Assembly: GCA_964347145.1 (NCBI GenBank)
Contig: CAYFXU010000002.1
Span: 1 to 49,227 of the forward strand
Direction of reading: 5' to 3'
Length of the DNA stretch: 49,227 nucleotides
Source: an uncultured Candidatus Bathyarchaeia archaeon
Lineage (GTDB): Archaea; Thermoproteota; Bathyarchaeia; Bathyarchaeales; Bathyarchaeaceae
The notes under the pieces are model-generated. The model had not been told where the DNA came from. It did no database searches and worked only from the letters and a program-made list of their open reading frames with translations. The translations under genes and the position numbers were made by a program. Position 1 is the stretch's first letter, and each line of letters opens with the position of its first letter. Shown in pieces: positions 1 to 8,901 of the stretch.

Positions 1-319
1 CCGCCTCAACAACACGGCTTCCCGGGCCAACTCCGCTGAACATGAGGATGAGGGCGATGTCCTTGGGATAGGATATCTGGGTTCTTCTCTGCATTTTGAA
101 GATATAGTCTCGAAGAGTGGGCTTCAAAGCCACAAACTCCACCCCCATGCTGCTGGTTGTTCGGGTTCCATATTCTTTTCCAACCAAGTCATCTAGTTGA
201 ACGAAGCCCCTGTGGGTGTGAAAGCTCTTTCCCTTCTCCACCTTGACCAAATACGTTCGTTTCCGGTCCAGGTAAAGAAGGACATCTTCCCCTTCACGAA
301 TAGTTGAGACAATGTTCAT
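1..319 (-). CDS. trmI: tRNA (adenine-N1)-methyltransferase, TrmI/GCD14 family; N-terminal part only, gene runs off the left edge
   Basis: Not in the ORF track because there is no stop in the window. Manual reverse-strand translation from ATG at 319..317 gives MNIVSTIREGEDVLLYLDRKRTYLVKVEKGKSFHTHRGFVQLDDLVGKEYGTRTTSSMGVEFVALKPTLRDYIFKMQRRTQISYPKDIALILMFSGVGPGSRVVEA. This is colinear with the N-terminal domain of archaeal TrmI and the start of its SAM-binding fold (QI.YPKD ... PG..VVEA). Confidence 0.8.
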   Translation of the reverse strand, partial: MNIVSTIREGEDVLLYLDRKRTYLVKVEKGKSFHTHRGFVQLDDLVGKEYGTRTTSSMGVEFVALKPTLRDYIFKMQRRTQISYPKDIALILMFSGVGPGSRVVEA

Positions 320-617
320 GTCACATCATGCCATAAAGTTAACGAGATGAAACAGGGCGTCCCCATTCTTCCTGCTCGGACGGTAGACACTTCGAGTTTA
401 AGAATCTCTTCACCCATTTTTGCCCCTCCACAGTTGTGTCTGTCTGAATCTTCTACCGGCATATTATTTGGTACAATATCATATTTATACTGAATCGGTT
501 TCTAGGACAGACAAGGTGGATAAATAATTGACGCGATCGTCAAAGCTTCACTCGCGCGTCCACGTCCGTTAGTTCACTTCCATTCAGAACAATTGATAAG
601 CCATTTAAATTGGTAGA

Positions 618-627
618 TTTTATATAA
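618..627 (+). promoter_or_regulatory. TATA-box-like element TTTTATATAA about 25 nt upstream of the GTG start at 647; implies a leaderless or near-leaderless mRNA
   Basis: An AT-rich octamer sits at the distance expected for an archaeal TATA box relative to a transcription start near 647. A second ATTTAAAT element lies at 604..611. Not experimentally supported. Confidence 0.3.
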
Positions 628-646
628 CTAATGCACGCTGAAAGCG

Positions 647-2278
647 GTGAACAATGTGACCAAACAAGTGACGAAGCTTGTCCTTCCCTTTGCCGTTCCT
701 GCGGGGGATCGAGCCGAAGCCTTTACAGAGGATATGGAGATGGCAGCCATTTTTTACCTAGCCGAATCGGAGAGAGGAAAGGGCGAAGGGCGTATCTTGA
801 AGAAGCCAGATGAGAAACTGGTTTTTATAGCTGAAGTTTGGTATCCCGTATGGCTGGTTCCTTGGAGAGGAATAACCCTACTCTTCGACGGGCTTGGTGT
901 CACAAAACACACATTCTCTTACGACGTACTTCCCGATATCAAGACCTTTGACAACAATATCCAAGTAAGCGCGAAAACACGGGAAGCCTATTCCGTGACT
1001 CTTTCCCAAAATGCCAGTTACTTTCAAAACTTCGCCAGCAAAGAGGAAAAAACAGTAGAAGGCCTCATCACAAATCCAGATCTAATACAAGACTTTGTCG
1101 CTTATCTTTCAGAAGAGGAGGAGATCGAAAAACTCGTAACCACAAAAGCTGTTTTGTCCCCCACCATCCATAAATCGGAGATCTCAACTTCCATTGAAGA
1201 GCTTTCACACTTGAGAGCCAAATTGAAGAAAGACATCAAGAATTTGGGAAAGACTATGAAGCTGCTGAGCTTGACAACTGGAGAACAGGTAAAGACAATT
1301 CGCGAAGAAGTCAAGGAAATTCGAAAAAAGTTTGACCAAAAAATCGAGAAGGTCAAGCTTAGAGTAACAGAAAGGATACAGCAAATTCAAGAGAAGTATG
1401 ACGAAGAAGTCACCAAGATATCCAAGAGATACGAGAGGCAACTCCGACCTCTTCATAAAAACCATGTTAGATTTGAAAAAATGCAAGAACGTCTGATAGC
1501 TGAAATCAATCGTTGCGAGGCTGAAATAAAATCTTGCAGGCTTCGCAAAGATGAAGGAGATGAAATTCACTGGAGCCAGAAACTTGAAAAAATCAAGAAA
1601 AAACTTCCCAATCTAGAGAAGAGCATGAGAGACATAGACAGAAAAATAGAGGATGTTGAAATTGCCAAGAAAATGGAGATATCTCAACGAAAAACAAAGC
1701 GGGACGCCCGCATCGAAGAAGCTACGAAAGCTCTTGAAGAGCTTGAGGCTTCACGGGAGGCCCGAATTAGAATGAAACAGCAGGAAATAGCTTCGCTGAA
1801 AGACACGACTTCCTCAATCATAAATCAAATGAATGAAATCGTCAAGTCGAAAAAAGCGGCTTTGAATGAGCTCGACCGAACAGGTACGTCGAGAATGAGA
1901 AGAAAGTACGCGCTTGCCTATTTACCGCTCTACATTGTTTGTTACGAAACAGAATTGAAGAGAAGATATGTTGTGTATCCCCCATCCATTGTAGACAGTA
2001 TGGGAATCTTAACAAAATTGAAGGGTGTTTTCGGCGCCACAAAGATGAAATCTTTTCTTCAGCCTCGTTCAAGAGCTATTACGGCCCTTCTTAATCAACT
2101 CGTGATCCTGATCCGAGAAAATCCCGTGTTTGAAAAAGAGATAAGTGACGCTGGAATTAAAGCTAGCATCTTACGAACAGCAGAGTTACGAATAGGCGTC
2201 AAAAGAGGATTGAAAGAGCTAAGAGACGAAAAATGGATATCGGACAGCGAACTTGAAACCTTCAGCAAGCTCCTGTGA
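647..2278 (+). CDS. Hypothetical protein with a long central coiled coil; no family recognised
   Basis: 543-aa ORF with a GTG start. Residues about 175-420 are K/E/R/I-rich and heptad-like (EELSHLRAKLKKDIKNLGKTMK, IEKVKLRVTERIQQIQEKYDEEV, EELEASREARIRMKQQEIASLK). They are flanked by a W/P-rich N-domain (AEVWYPVWLVPWRGITLLFDGLG) and a C-domain (YLPLYIVCYETELKRRYVVYPPS). Confidence 0.7.
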   Translation: MNNVTKQVTKLVLPFAVPAGDRAEAFTEDMEMAAIFYLAESERGKGEGRILKKPDEKLVFIAEVWYPVWLVPWRGITLLFDGLGVTKHTFSYDVLPDIKTFDNNIQVSAKTREAYSVTLSQNASYFQNFASKEEKTVEGLITNPDLIQDFVAYLSEEEEIEKLVTTKAVLSPTIHKSEISTSIEELSHLRAKLKKDIKNLGKTMKLLSLTTGEQVKTIREEVKEIRKKFDQKIEKVKLRVTERIQQIQEKYDEEVTKISKRYERQLRPLHKNHVRFEKMQERLIAEINRCEAEIKSCRLRKDEGDEIHWSQKLEKIKKKLPNLEKSMRDIDRKIEDVEIAKKMEISQRKTKRDARIEEATKALEELEASREARIRMKQQEIASLKDTTSSIINQMNEIVKSKKAALNELDRTGTSRMRRKYALAYLPLYIVCYETELKRRYVVYPPSIVDSMGILTKLKGVFGATKMKSFLQPRSRAITALLNQLVILIRENPVFEKEISDAGIKASILRTAELRIGVKRGLKELRDEKWISDSELETFSKLL

Positions 2279-2294
2279 GAAAAGACATTCTATG

Positions 2295-3656
2295 TCAAAT
2301 AGCGTATCTTTTTCCCAATTTGACTAAATGCACGTTTTTGTGTATTGCCTTGAACAGTCTTTGGTTTTCTGTGTGTATTGGGAAAATCTGTTTTGGTTCA
2401 ATGTAGTTGATGAGGGCTGTTAGTTGGTGTCTGTTCATGTGGCCGGAAGCGTGAAGTTGGTGAAATTTGATTTTGAAGTGTCGTAGCCAATTGTGCATAA
2501 CTTCGTCTTCAATGTCTTCTTCGCTGTAGGGTTCGCTCATGCTGTGAATGAAATGGCTGTCTGGATCCGGCCTTATGTCGATGAGTTCTGCAAATTGGTA
2601 AAAATCTAGGTCCATGATTATTTCGCCTTGATGTTCGTGCACAAACTTGTAGTTCACCATTTTGTCCATGTATTCTCTTTCCCAAACGTAGTAGTCTTTC
2701 TCTTGAAAACTCCCGGTTTTCTTCCTCTTGTAATAGACCATGATGTTTTTGTCTTTCATTGGGTCCGGAAGGTTAAGGCGCTTATCTTCTACTAGCTTGC
2801 TTAACAGGTGCGCGGTTTTCGGGGATATGACGAGTTTTCTGTCATTATTCTTGGCTAGCTTGTAGAATGTTCTCAACCTATCCATATCTCGCCCGTAATG
2901 GGCAACGAACACAATCTTGTTTGTTGCAGAAACGATTTGGTTGCTTAGTCTCTTTACTTCTTGTTCAGAGTAGTTCTTTCTCCGTTCCACCTCAACCATC
3001 CTTGTTCCTTCGCTTATCATCGCTATGGGCTTAGATTCGCTAGCTTTTTGCGCAAATTCCCCTGTCATCTCTTTTCGAGGACCGTGTGCCCTCAGGTCTC
3101 CAGTGTAGACAATTGCTCCTTTGGAGGTGTGAATTATGAAGCCATAGGAAGCAGGAATAGAGTGGTCAACGTGAATCGGTTCTGCCACTAGATGGTCAAT
3201 CTTTATCTTGCGTCCTGTTCTGAACGTTTCATAGGGATGCTTTCCGAAATCAGCTGAGCCGGTTTCCTCCATTGACCTTATGAAAAGTTTTGTTCCGTAG
3301 CCGCAGCATATGGGGATTTTTTCGTCAAGAAAAAGGATGTGTCCCACATGGTCTATGTGGGCGTGAGACAGAAATAAAGCATCAATTTTCGGTTCCGCAT
3401 ACGCAAGATTAGTAAACGCCAAATGTTGTTCGCCATAAATCCCTTTTATCTTTGGCAACAGGTTGAACTCAAAATAGTCTCCCAAACCATTTACTGCTCT
3501 GGGGCAAAGCCAACCGGTAAAGTATTCTGCGCCCATGTTGAAAGACTGCCCAAAATCCAAGAAGATTCTAGCTTTTTTGTCTTCTAAAAGAACTTTGTTT
3601 CCACCAATCTCGTTTACACCGCCGTAAAAGGTGAGAGACGTCTTTTGCTTTACCAT
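2295..3656 (-). CDS. rnj: Archaeal RNase J-like beta-CASP ribonuclease (metallo-beta-lactamase fold)
   Basis: 453 aa. Carries the HxHxDH signature LSHAHIDHVGH, an N-terminal LTFYGGVNEIGGNKVLLED, and later VHVDHS, LHASGH and PIHTE motifs. There are no KH domains, so it is not aCPSF1. Size fits archaeal RNase J. Confidence 0.8.
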   Translation of the reverse strand: MVKQKTSLTFYGGVNEIGGNKVLLEDKKARIFLDFGQSFNMGAEYFTGWLCPRAVNGLGDYFEFNLLPKIKGIYGEQHLAFTNLAYAEPKIDALFLSHAHIDHVGHILFLDEKIPICCGYGTKLFIRSMEETGSADFGKHPYETFRTGRKIKIDHLVAEPIHVDHSIPASYGFIIHTSKGAIVYTGDLRAHGPRKEMTGEFAQKASESKPIAMISEGTRMVEVERRKNYSEQEVKRLSNQIVSATNKIVFVAHYGRDMDRLRTFYKLAKNNDRKLVISPKTAHLLSKLVEDKRLNLPDPMKDKNIMVYYKRKKTGSFQEKDYYVWEREYMDKMVNYKFVHEHQGEIIMDLDFYQFAELIDIRPDPDSHFIHSMSEPYSEEDIEDEVMHNWLRHFKIKFHQLHASGHMNRHQLTALINYIEPKQIFPIHTENQRLFKAIHKNVHLVKLGKRYAI

Positions 3657-3696
3657 CCTACTCGGCCCTCAACGATTATTTTCTCTACATATTTAC

Positions 3697-5379
3697 CTAA
3701 TTTTTTCCCATTTTTTGGCAAAGGTTGGAAATGGCTAAGATGACATGAGGTGAAGTGAAGACGCTGAAAACCTTTACGTACCTCGCTGTTGCCGCCTTCT
3801 TTACAGTCTCCTTTTTTCCTCCAGCTTCCAAATATCCTTCAATGAAGTTTCTTGTTATGATGCTCGCGGCTTTGGTTGAAGAGATTGGAAAAACATAGTG
3901 CCCTGAATAGTAGAGAAATTCGGCCACGTCCCAAGCTTGATTTCCGTTTCTTGCTGCCTGCTCAAGGTCAACAAAGAAGATCTCTCCATCTTTTGTGACG
4001 ATGAGGTTTTCTGGTTTACAGTCTCCCAAGCTAACGCCAAGCCTGTGCGCTTTAGCGATTTTTCTCCCCACCTTCTTCACCATCGCCGCTTCTTTTACAG
4101 CCTTATCTTTTGATGAAATGATGCGCTTGACGGTTTCCACCATCTTTTCTCCCTCAATGAACTCTTCAAAAATCAAACGTTTCTGGGGACTGACATAAAG
4201 AATCTTGGGAACTGGAAAACCTTTAGCGTACAGAAACTGGTTTGTGGCATATTCCCTTTCCAGTCTTGACCGCCCAAGCACGGCGAAGGTTTTGGTACCT
4301 AGAGACCACAATGCTAGGGGAAACCATTTGAAGCTAGACCAGTTCCTGAATTTCTTAACCACAAGTCTTTGTCCCCCATGATTTCTCCGAAACGTGAGGA
4401 GGTATACGTCGTTCAAGACTCCTCCCATCTCCTCGATTTTCAATTCTAAAGCCTTTCCATCTGGAATGGTTTTTCTAACAAAATCTTGGATGGTGGACTT
4501 GTCTGAAAGCGCTACGGGGCCGAGAGGCGTTGGCATCAACAGGTGTTTCTTGGGTTCCTCAAGCCGGAAAACCATTCCCTCAGCTTCAACTTTGAGAGTC
4601 GATTTCATGAAGATTCTCTGGTCTTGCGTGAGGGAACTGATTGTCTTTGAAAGGACACTAAGAACGTGGAGGAGACCCGCTCTCTGAACCGACCTGAGGA
4701 AAAGGGGAAGGCGAGGTTTCCGTCTTCTGAAGTTATCGATAAAGCTTCGCGTAATCTTAACGTACCCGTTGGAGAAGACGATCTGATTTTCTTTTGCCAT
4801 TTCGTTAAGGGCTTTCATGTATCCTTTCATCATCGACTCCACATTTTTTCTTCTGAGATTTCTTCCTAACATGTTAAGATAGGTGTAGGTTATTAGGGGA
4901 AACAGTCGAGCCCTCTGCGTCATGGTTTCATACATAAAATAATCTGCCTTGATAAGAAACTCATTGGACAACTCGGGAAATTCTGAAACCAGGTTTTCAA
5001 GAAGCTCCGAAATGATCCTTCGTTTCATCTTCACTTCCTGACGCTGCAAATATTGCCCGTTGATCAAGGGTTCGTAGGGAACCGTGATCTTTTCGGCAAC
5101 TAATTCACCTAGCCACCCCTGCCCAACATCCCTTTCAAGGGCCCTTCGATCCGCTGTCAAAATCAAAGCGCCCACTCCATCTGTGGACCTGAAGTATGTG
5201 TTTAACAGGAGAGGAAAACTTTCAAGGATCAACAAAACGTTTACATCACTCTTTTGATCAGCGTATCCGCAAACCCACGGACCGTAGAAACAAGCAGCAG
5301 TAATCTGGCGAGAGCCAGCAATATGCCTACACAGGCCTAACACTTTTTCTTTCAGGTCTTCGCTCAAGAAACGAGACAC
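3697..5379 (-). CDS. Fusion protein: degenerate nucleotidyltransferase-like N-domain plus RIO/Bud32/Kdo-type protein kinase-like C-domain
   Basis: 560 aa. The C-terminal ~230 aa show a VVKKF lysine, the catalytic loop LGDCKPENLIV, and FFVDLEQA in the DFG position. The N-terminal FYGPWVCGYADQKSDVNVLLILE resembles a minimal NTase G[SG]...DxD motif but reads DVN. Confidence 0.6.
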   Translation of the reverse strand: MSRFLSEDLKEKVLGLCRHIAGSRQITAACFYGPWVCGYADQKSDVNVLLILESFPLLLNTYFRSTDGVGALILTADRRALERDVGQGWLGELVAEKITVPYEPLINGQYLQRQEVKMKRRIISELLENLVSEFPELSNEFLIKADYFMYETMTQRARLFPLITYTYLNMLGRNLRRKNVESMMKGYMKALNEMAKENQIVFSNGYVKITRSFIDNFRRRKPRLPLFLRSVQRAGLLHVLSVLSKTISSLTQDQRIFMKSTLKVEAEGMVFRLEEPKKHLLMPTPLGPVALSDKSTIQDFVRKTIPDGKALELKIEEMGGVLNDVYLLTFRRNHGGQRLVVKKFRNWSSFKWFPLALWSLGTKTFAVLGRSRLEREYATNQFLYAKGFPVPKILYVSPQKRLIFEEFIEGEKMVETVKRIISSKDKAVKEAAMVKKVGRKIAKAHRLGVSLGDCKPENLIVTKDGEIFFVDLEQAARNGNQAWDVAEFLYYSGHYVFPISSTKAASIITRNFIEGYLEAGGKKETVKKAATARYVKVFSVFTSPHVILAISNLCQKMGKN

Positions 5380-5660
5380 AAAGCTTGAACTCCACTCTTA
5401 AGATGCTACTCCTCTCTAAAAATATCTTTACCACAGAGATTTTCATTTCTCTTTGGATAGAACTCTCTTATGACCACAACTTCCGACCGGCGTTCGTGTG
5501 ACGGTTGGAATGGAAAGAGAGGAAACATGCCCCCAAGAGACATTTGAAAGAGACAAATTGTGATGAAACAACGCTGAAACCCCTGAACAATCCGCGCGGG
5601 ACAACGGCGATGGGTTCGGGGTCTGACAAAGACTTTTAATCGACAATAGCCATCAGAGTC

Positions 5661-6329
5661 ATGGAAAACGATATGTCGCGTTTGCAAACATTCTTCAAGA
5701 AGGCCACAGAGACATTCAAAGCCTGTATTCAACGAAACAAGATGATAATAAAGGCGACAACTCTTGCTTTCTTTGCGATAATATTCCTCTCAATCTTTTT
5801 GACGATTCTTGTTTTCTCTTCGGCTCCATGGCTGTCAGACTGGTTCAAGTCTGTGGCGGAGTCCGAGAGGCGCTACATAGCTATTCCGCCCCCATTCACT
5901 GAAGAGCTTTATTCTTACATTTTTCTGAACAATATAGGCCATTTCTGGAACCCGCTCAAAATGCTTGTTTGGGTACCGTTACTGGGCACATTCGTTCTGG
6001 GCTTGGAGCTTCTGCTTAACGGAGGAGTAATAGGGATAGTAGCCGTTATTGCTGGAATGACTCACGGCGTGTTTTATCCGATTGTAGGACTGACGCCTCA
6101 CGGCATACTCGAGATCCCTGCATTCATATTTCAATTTGCCTCTATAATTCGGTGGCAAGTGACGACAATGGACTTGATAATGGCAAAGATAACAGGCGAA
6201 AAAATGGAGAACGCTAATTTTAAGCGAGACGTGAAAGACACCATCATTCTTGCAATAGCATCCTTGATCCTCTTCATGGTAGCAGCCGCTGTAGAGACGT
6301 ATATTACTCCATACCTACTTGGAATGTAG
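5661..6329 (+). CDS. SpoIIM/DUF95-family integral membrane protein
   Basis: 222 aa with about 6 hydrophobic helices. LLLNGGVIGIV and TPHGILEIPAFIFQFASI match the conserved SpoIIM-family NG...HG..EIPA pattern. Confidence 0.6.
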   Translation: MENDMSRLQTFFKKATETFKACIQRNKMIIKATTLAFFAIIFLSIFLTILVFSSAPWLSDWFKSVAESERRYIAIPPPFTEELYSYIFLNNIGHFWNPLKMLVWVPLLGTFVLGLELLLNGGVIGIVAVIAGMTHGVFYPIVGLTPHGILEIPAFIFQFASIIRWQVTTMDLIMAKITGEKMENANFKRDVKDTIILAIASLILFMVAAAVETYITPYLLGM

Positions 6330-6427
6330 AAGTGCATCTGACGTTTCAGATGAATTCTATTATGAGCGAGAAGGAACACTGCTGAATGGCTGAAAAAGAG
6401 GGAGTTGATTGGTGGTAAATAGATTTT

Positions 6428-7273
6428 CTAGATTGCGACAGATTCCAGAGTGCTCAGTAACTGATCTTCTGTTTGTATGTGATATTTGAAGTGTTCATTG
6501 GGGTCGTTAAGCAAGACGTAAAGCCAGTATATCCCAAATATGCCCGCGGTTATTATTGTTAGAATTAGGTATAGAACAAAGCTTCTGTTGGGCGTGCTCT
6601 CTGTTCTTCTCGGCAAAGAAAGCGTGACACCGCACTTGTCCATAGTCCTGGTCAGGTCCTCCCAAAGGCCATCCTCTCTTCTCTCATGTTTGTAGAAGTC
6701 TTTCATCAGGAAGTAGCTGACATACCATTCTGCAAGGAAAATGAACGCGGACAAGATGGCCCAAAGTACTGCACCCTTTTCGGTTTCCTCAGCTTTGGCT
6801 TCCCTTACGGTTCTCTCCATGGATGATAAACTAGCTTCTACGTCAACACCCTTTTTTGCTGCTATAGCTTTCACTGCTGTCACAACATCTTCAAACAAAA
6901 ACATTTGTCTCTTGAAGTGCGTGTTGCGCCTTTTGATGAGCTTGTATCTGAGTATTATAGACACGATGAACCCAACTATGGTTAGCAGCACTACAGAGAT
7001 AGTCAACATTGCAATAAGCGGTATAGCCAATGATGGTTCTTCAGGCACAGTCCACGGTGCTGTCGCCGCCACAAGTATCCCGTAAAAGACTGTAACAACC
7101 ACGCCAATTGCAGCGAAGATGGGTATCAAGTAGACGAGGATCCATGCGGTCGACATCTTTGGATCTGATTCATCACGCATCCGAACGTCTTTCCTCAAAT
7201 TCTCAATTGGCACACTCAAACTATTCCTCTCACATTTGCGCCGTTGATTTCTATCAGAAGTTGTTATTAACAC
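6428..7273 (-). CDS. Membrane protein with a DUF4234-like C-terminal segment; start uncertain
   Basis: 281-aa ORF with a GTG at 7273. In-frame ATGs at 7180 and 7156 are plausible starts. It has several TM helices, and the C-terminal LILTIITAGIFGIYWLYVLLND resembles the DUF4234 GIYxxxW signature. Confidence 0.5.
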   Translation of the reverse strand: MLITTSDRNQRRKCERNSLSVPIENLRKDVRMRDESDPKMSTAWILVYLIPIFAAIGVVVTVFYGILVAATAPWTVPEEPSLAIPLIAMLTISVVLLTIVGFIVSIILRYKLIKRRNTHFKRQMFLFEDVVTAVKAIAAKKGVDVEASLSSMERTVREAKAEETEKGAVLWAILSAFIFLAEWYVSYFLMKDFYKHERREDGLWEDLTRTMDKCGVTLSLPRRTESTPNRSFVLYLILTIITAGIFGIYWLYVLLNDPNEHFKYHIQTEDQLLSTLESVAI

Positions 7274-7405
7274 TTATGTAGTATCAAATGAAACATTTGT
7301 GTTTTTCACGGATGTCCCCAAATGCGTCCACTCGAAACTTGCAATATGATCTGCCCATTTCGTTTTCCAGCACAACCCCCGCACACGAATGTGCCGCGAC
7401 GACCC

Positions 7406-8791
7406 TTACTTGGTCTTCTGCACATTTTCATTATACGTTCTTAACGTTTTCATGGCGCTCACAGCCTTTTCAGGCAGATTGTAGACAGGTATGCTGGTAT
7501 CCCTTAACACTCGGTAGACCATCGTGAAGTCTTCTCCTCCCGCTGGGACATCCACAACAGGCTTGCCAGAATACTTATTAGCTGTTTCGGCAATGGCCAC
7601 AGCGTCTTCAGGCTCAAAAAAGCATGATTTCAGCATGTTTATGACCAAAACTCCGTCGACATTGGGATCAGACAAGACTAGGTCCAAGACAAAAGAGTAT
7701 CTTTCGGCCCTAGCATCAGCGATGAGGTCTATTGGGTTGATCGCCTCCACGCCTGGATAGCGACTTTCTATCTTCCTTCTAGTCTTTTCTGAGAGAGGCG
7801 CTAGTCTTAACCCGTTTTTCACCACAGCGTCGGCGGCTAAGATGGCTGGTCCACCAACGTTACTCACGATTACGACATTGTCTCCGCTAAGGGGAGGCTG
7901 CTTTGCAAAGGCGATGGCCGCATTAAGTAGTTCCTCAGCGTCTCCGACGCGAATGATGCCAGATTTTTTGAAAGCTGCGCCAAACACGATGTCTGAGCCG
8001 GCTATGGAAGCCGTGTGGGACTTGGCTCTTCTAGCCGCTTCCTTCGTTACTCCACCCTTTAGAGCTAGAATTGGCTTCCTTTTCACAATTTTTTGGGCTA
8101 CCTCTACAAACTCTCTTCCTTTCTCAATGCCCTCCATGTATAGGCATATCACCTTTGTTTCCGGGTCTTCATCGAAGTATCGGAGGAGATCCACGTCGTT
8201 GATGTCGATTTTTTCTCCTATGAAGGCGAACTTGCTGATGCCTATGTCGTAGAAGCAGGCCAGGTCAAGGAGGAGGGCGCCTACTCCTCCGCTCTGAGAT
8301 ATTATGGAAATGTTGCCCTTTTTCGGCATAACATCCCGTTCAAACGTTGTGTTCAGCCCGTTGGCTGTGTTCAAGACCCCTAAAATCGTGTTTGGACCCA
8401 ATATTCGAATGCCGTATTTCTTTATGAGCCCTGTTAATTGTTGGCGGTGTCGGTCTTTGTATCCTCCGGGTATCAGCACTAGGGCTTTGACTCCTATCTT
8501 GCCGCACCTTTCCGACTGGTGTAAGGAAGCTCTAGGCGGCAGCATGATGACTCCGAGATCAGGTGTTTCAGGCAGATCCATAGGCTGTTCTTGGTCCCTT
8601 TCTCCTTCAATGTCCAAAACGAAGGTTTTTCCTTCAAAGAATTTGTTCATGTTGTGGATGACGCTTTCAAAAAGCCAAGGAGATGTCATTCCAACTTTTT
8701 CTCGAATTTTGCTGGATCCTATGAGTACGACGCTGCGGGGTTCAAAGAGAGACTTCACTTCGCTCACGCCACTTGATTTGTCAATTTCCAA
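7406..8791 (-). CDS. acdA: ADP-forming acetyl-CoA synthetase (NDP-forming acyl-CoA synthetase), alpha subunit
   Basis: 461 aa. Shows a CoA-binding Rossmann start (RSVVLIGSS), ISIISQSGGVGALLLD and a phosphohistidine-loop-like KSHTASIAGS. No ATP-grasp beta subunit is adjacent. Confidence 0.8.
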   Translation of the reverse strand: MEIDKSSGVSEVKSLFEPRSVVLIGSSKIREKVGMTSPWLFESVIHNMNKFFEGKTFVLDIEGERDQEQPMDLPETPDLGVIMLPPRASLHQSERCGKIGVKALVLIPGGYKDRHRQQLTGLIKKYGIRILGPNTILGVLNTANGLNTTFERDVMPKKGNISIISQSGGVGALLLDLACFYDIGISKFAFIGEKIDINDVDLLRYFDEDPETKVICLYMEGIEKGREFVEVAQKIVKRKPILALKGGVTKEAARRAKSHTASIAGSDIVFGAAFKKSGIIRVGDAEELLNAAIAFAKQPPLSGDNVVIVSNVGGPAILAADAVVKNGLRLAPLSEKTRRKIESRYPGVEAINPIDLIADARAERYSFVLDLVLSDPNVDGVLVINMLKSCFFEPEDAVAIAETANKYSGKPVVDVPAGGEDFTMVYRVLRDTSIPVYNLPEKAVSAMKTLRTYNENVQKTK

Positions 8792-8901
8792 AAACTTGAA
8801 GGGTATGGTAATTAAAATAGAAAACTCCGTTTCTTATTAAGGATTAGCAGAAGAAGGCATATAACGCTTAAATATTTCGCCTCGTTTCTACAGCGTGGTC
8901 G

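Noticed and set aside
528-543. Inverted repeat TTGACG-CGAT-CGTCAA in the trmI / coiled-coil intergenic region
   Set aside because: It has only 6-bp arms, a size expected by chance in a 330-bp gap. It has no partner copies and no adjacent oligo-T.
631-813. 60-aa ATG-initiated ORF overlapping the start of the coiled-coil gene
   Set aside because: It is out of frame with the long 543-aa ORF and Cys/Gly/Arg-rich. It starts only about 9 nt from the TATA-like box.
5406-5732. 108-aa and 67-aa minus-strand ORFs in the 280-bp gap between the kinase fusion and the SpoIIM-like gene
   Set aside because: They overlap the start of the plus-strand membrane protein gene, are Cys/Arg-rich without motifs and have no Shine-Dalgarno. 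I treat the region as a divergent promoter. I looked for a tRNA-like or stem-loop structure here and found nothing convincing.
7842-8840. Plus-strand ORFs of 136 and 178 aa opposite the acetyl-CoA synthetase alpha gene. Similar antisense ORFs occur at 1102..1570, 22656..23192, 24609..26420, 27115..27879, 28666..29160 and 39278..39530.
   Set aside because: These are shadow ORFs antisense to genes with strong motif support. Their translations are Ser/Pro/Arg-rich and low in complexity, with no motifs.
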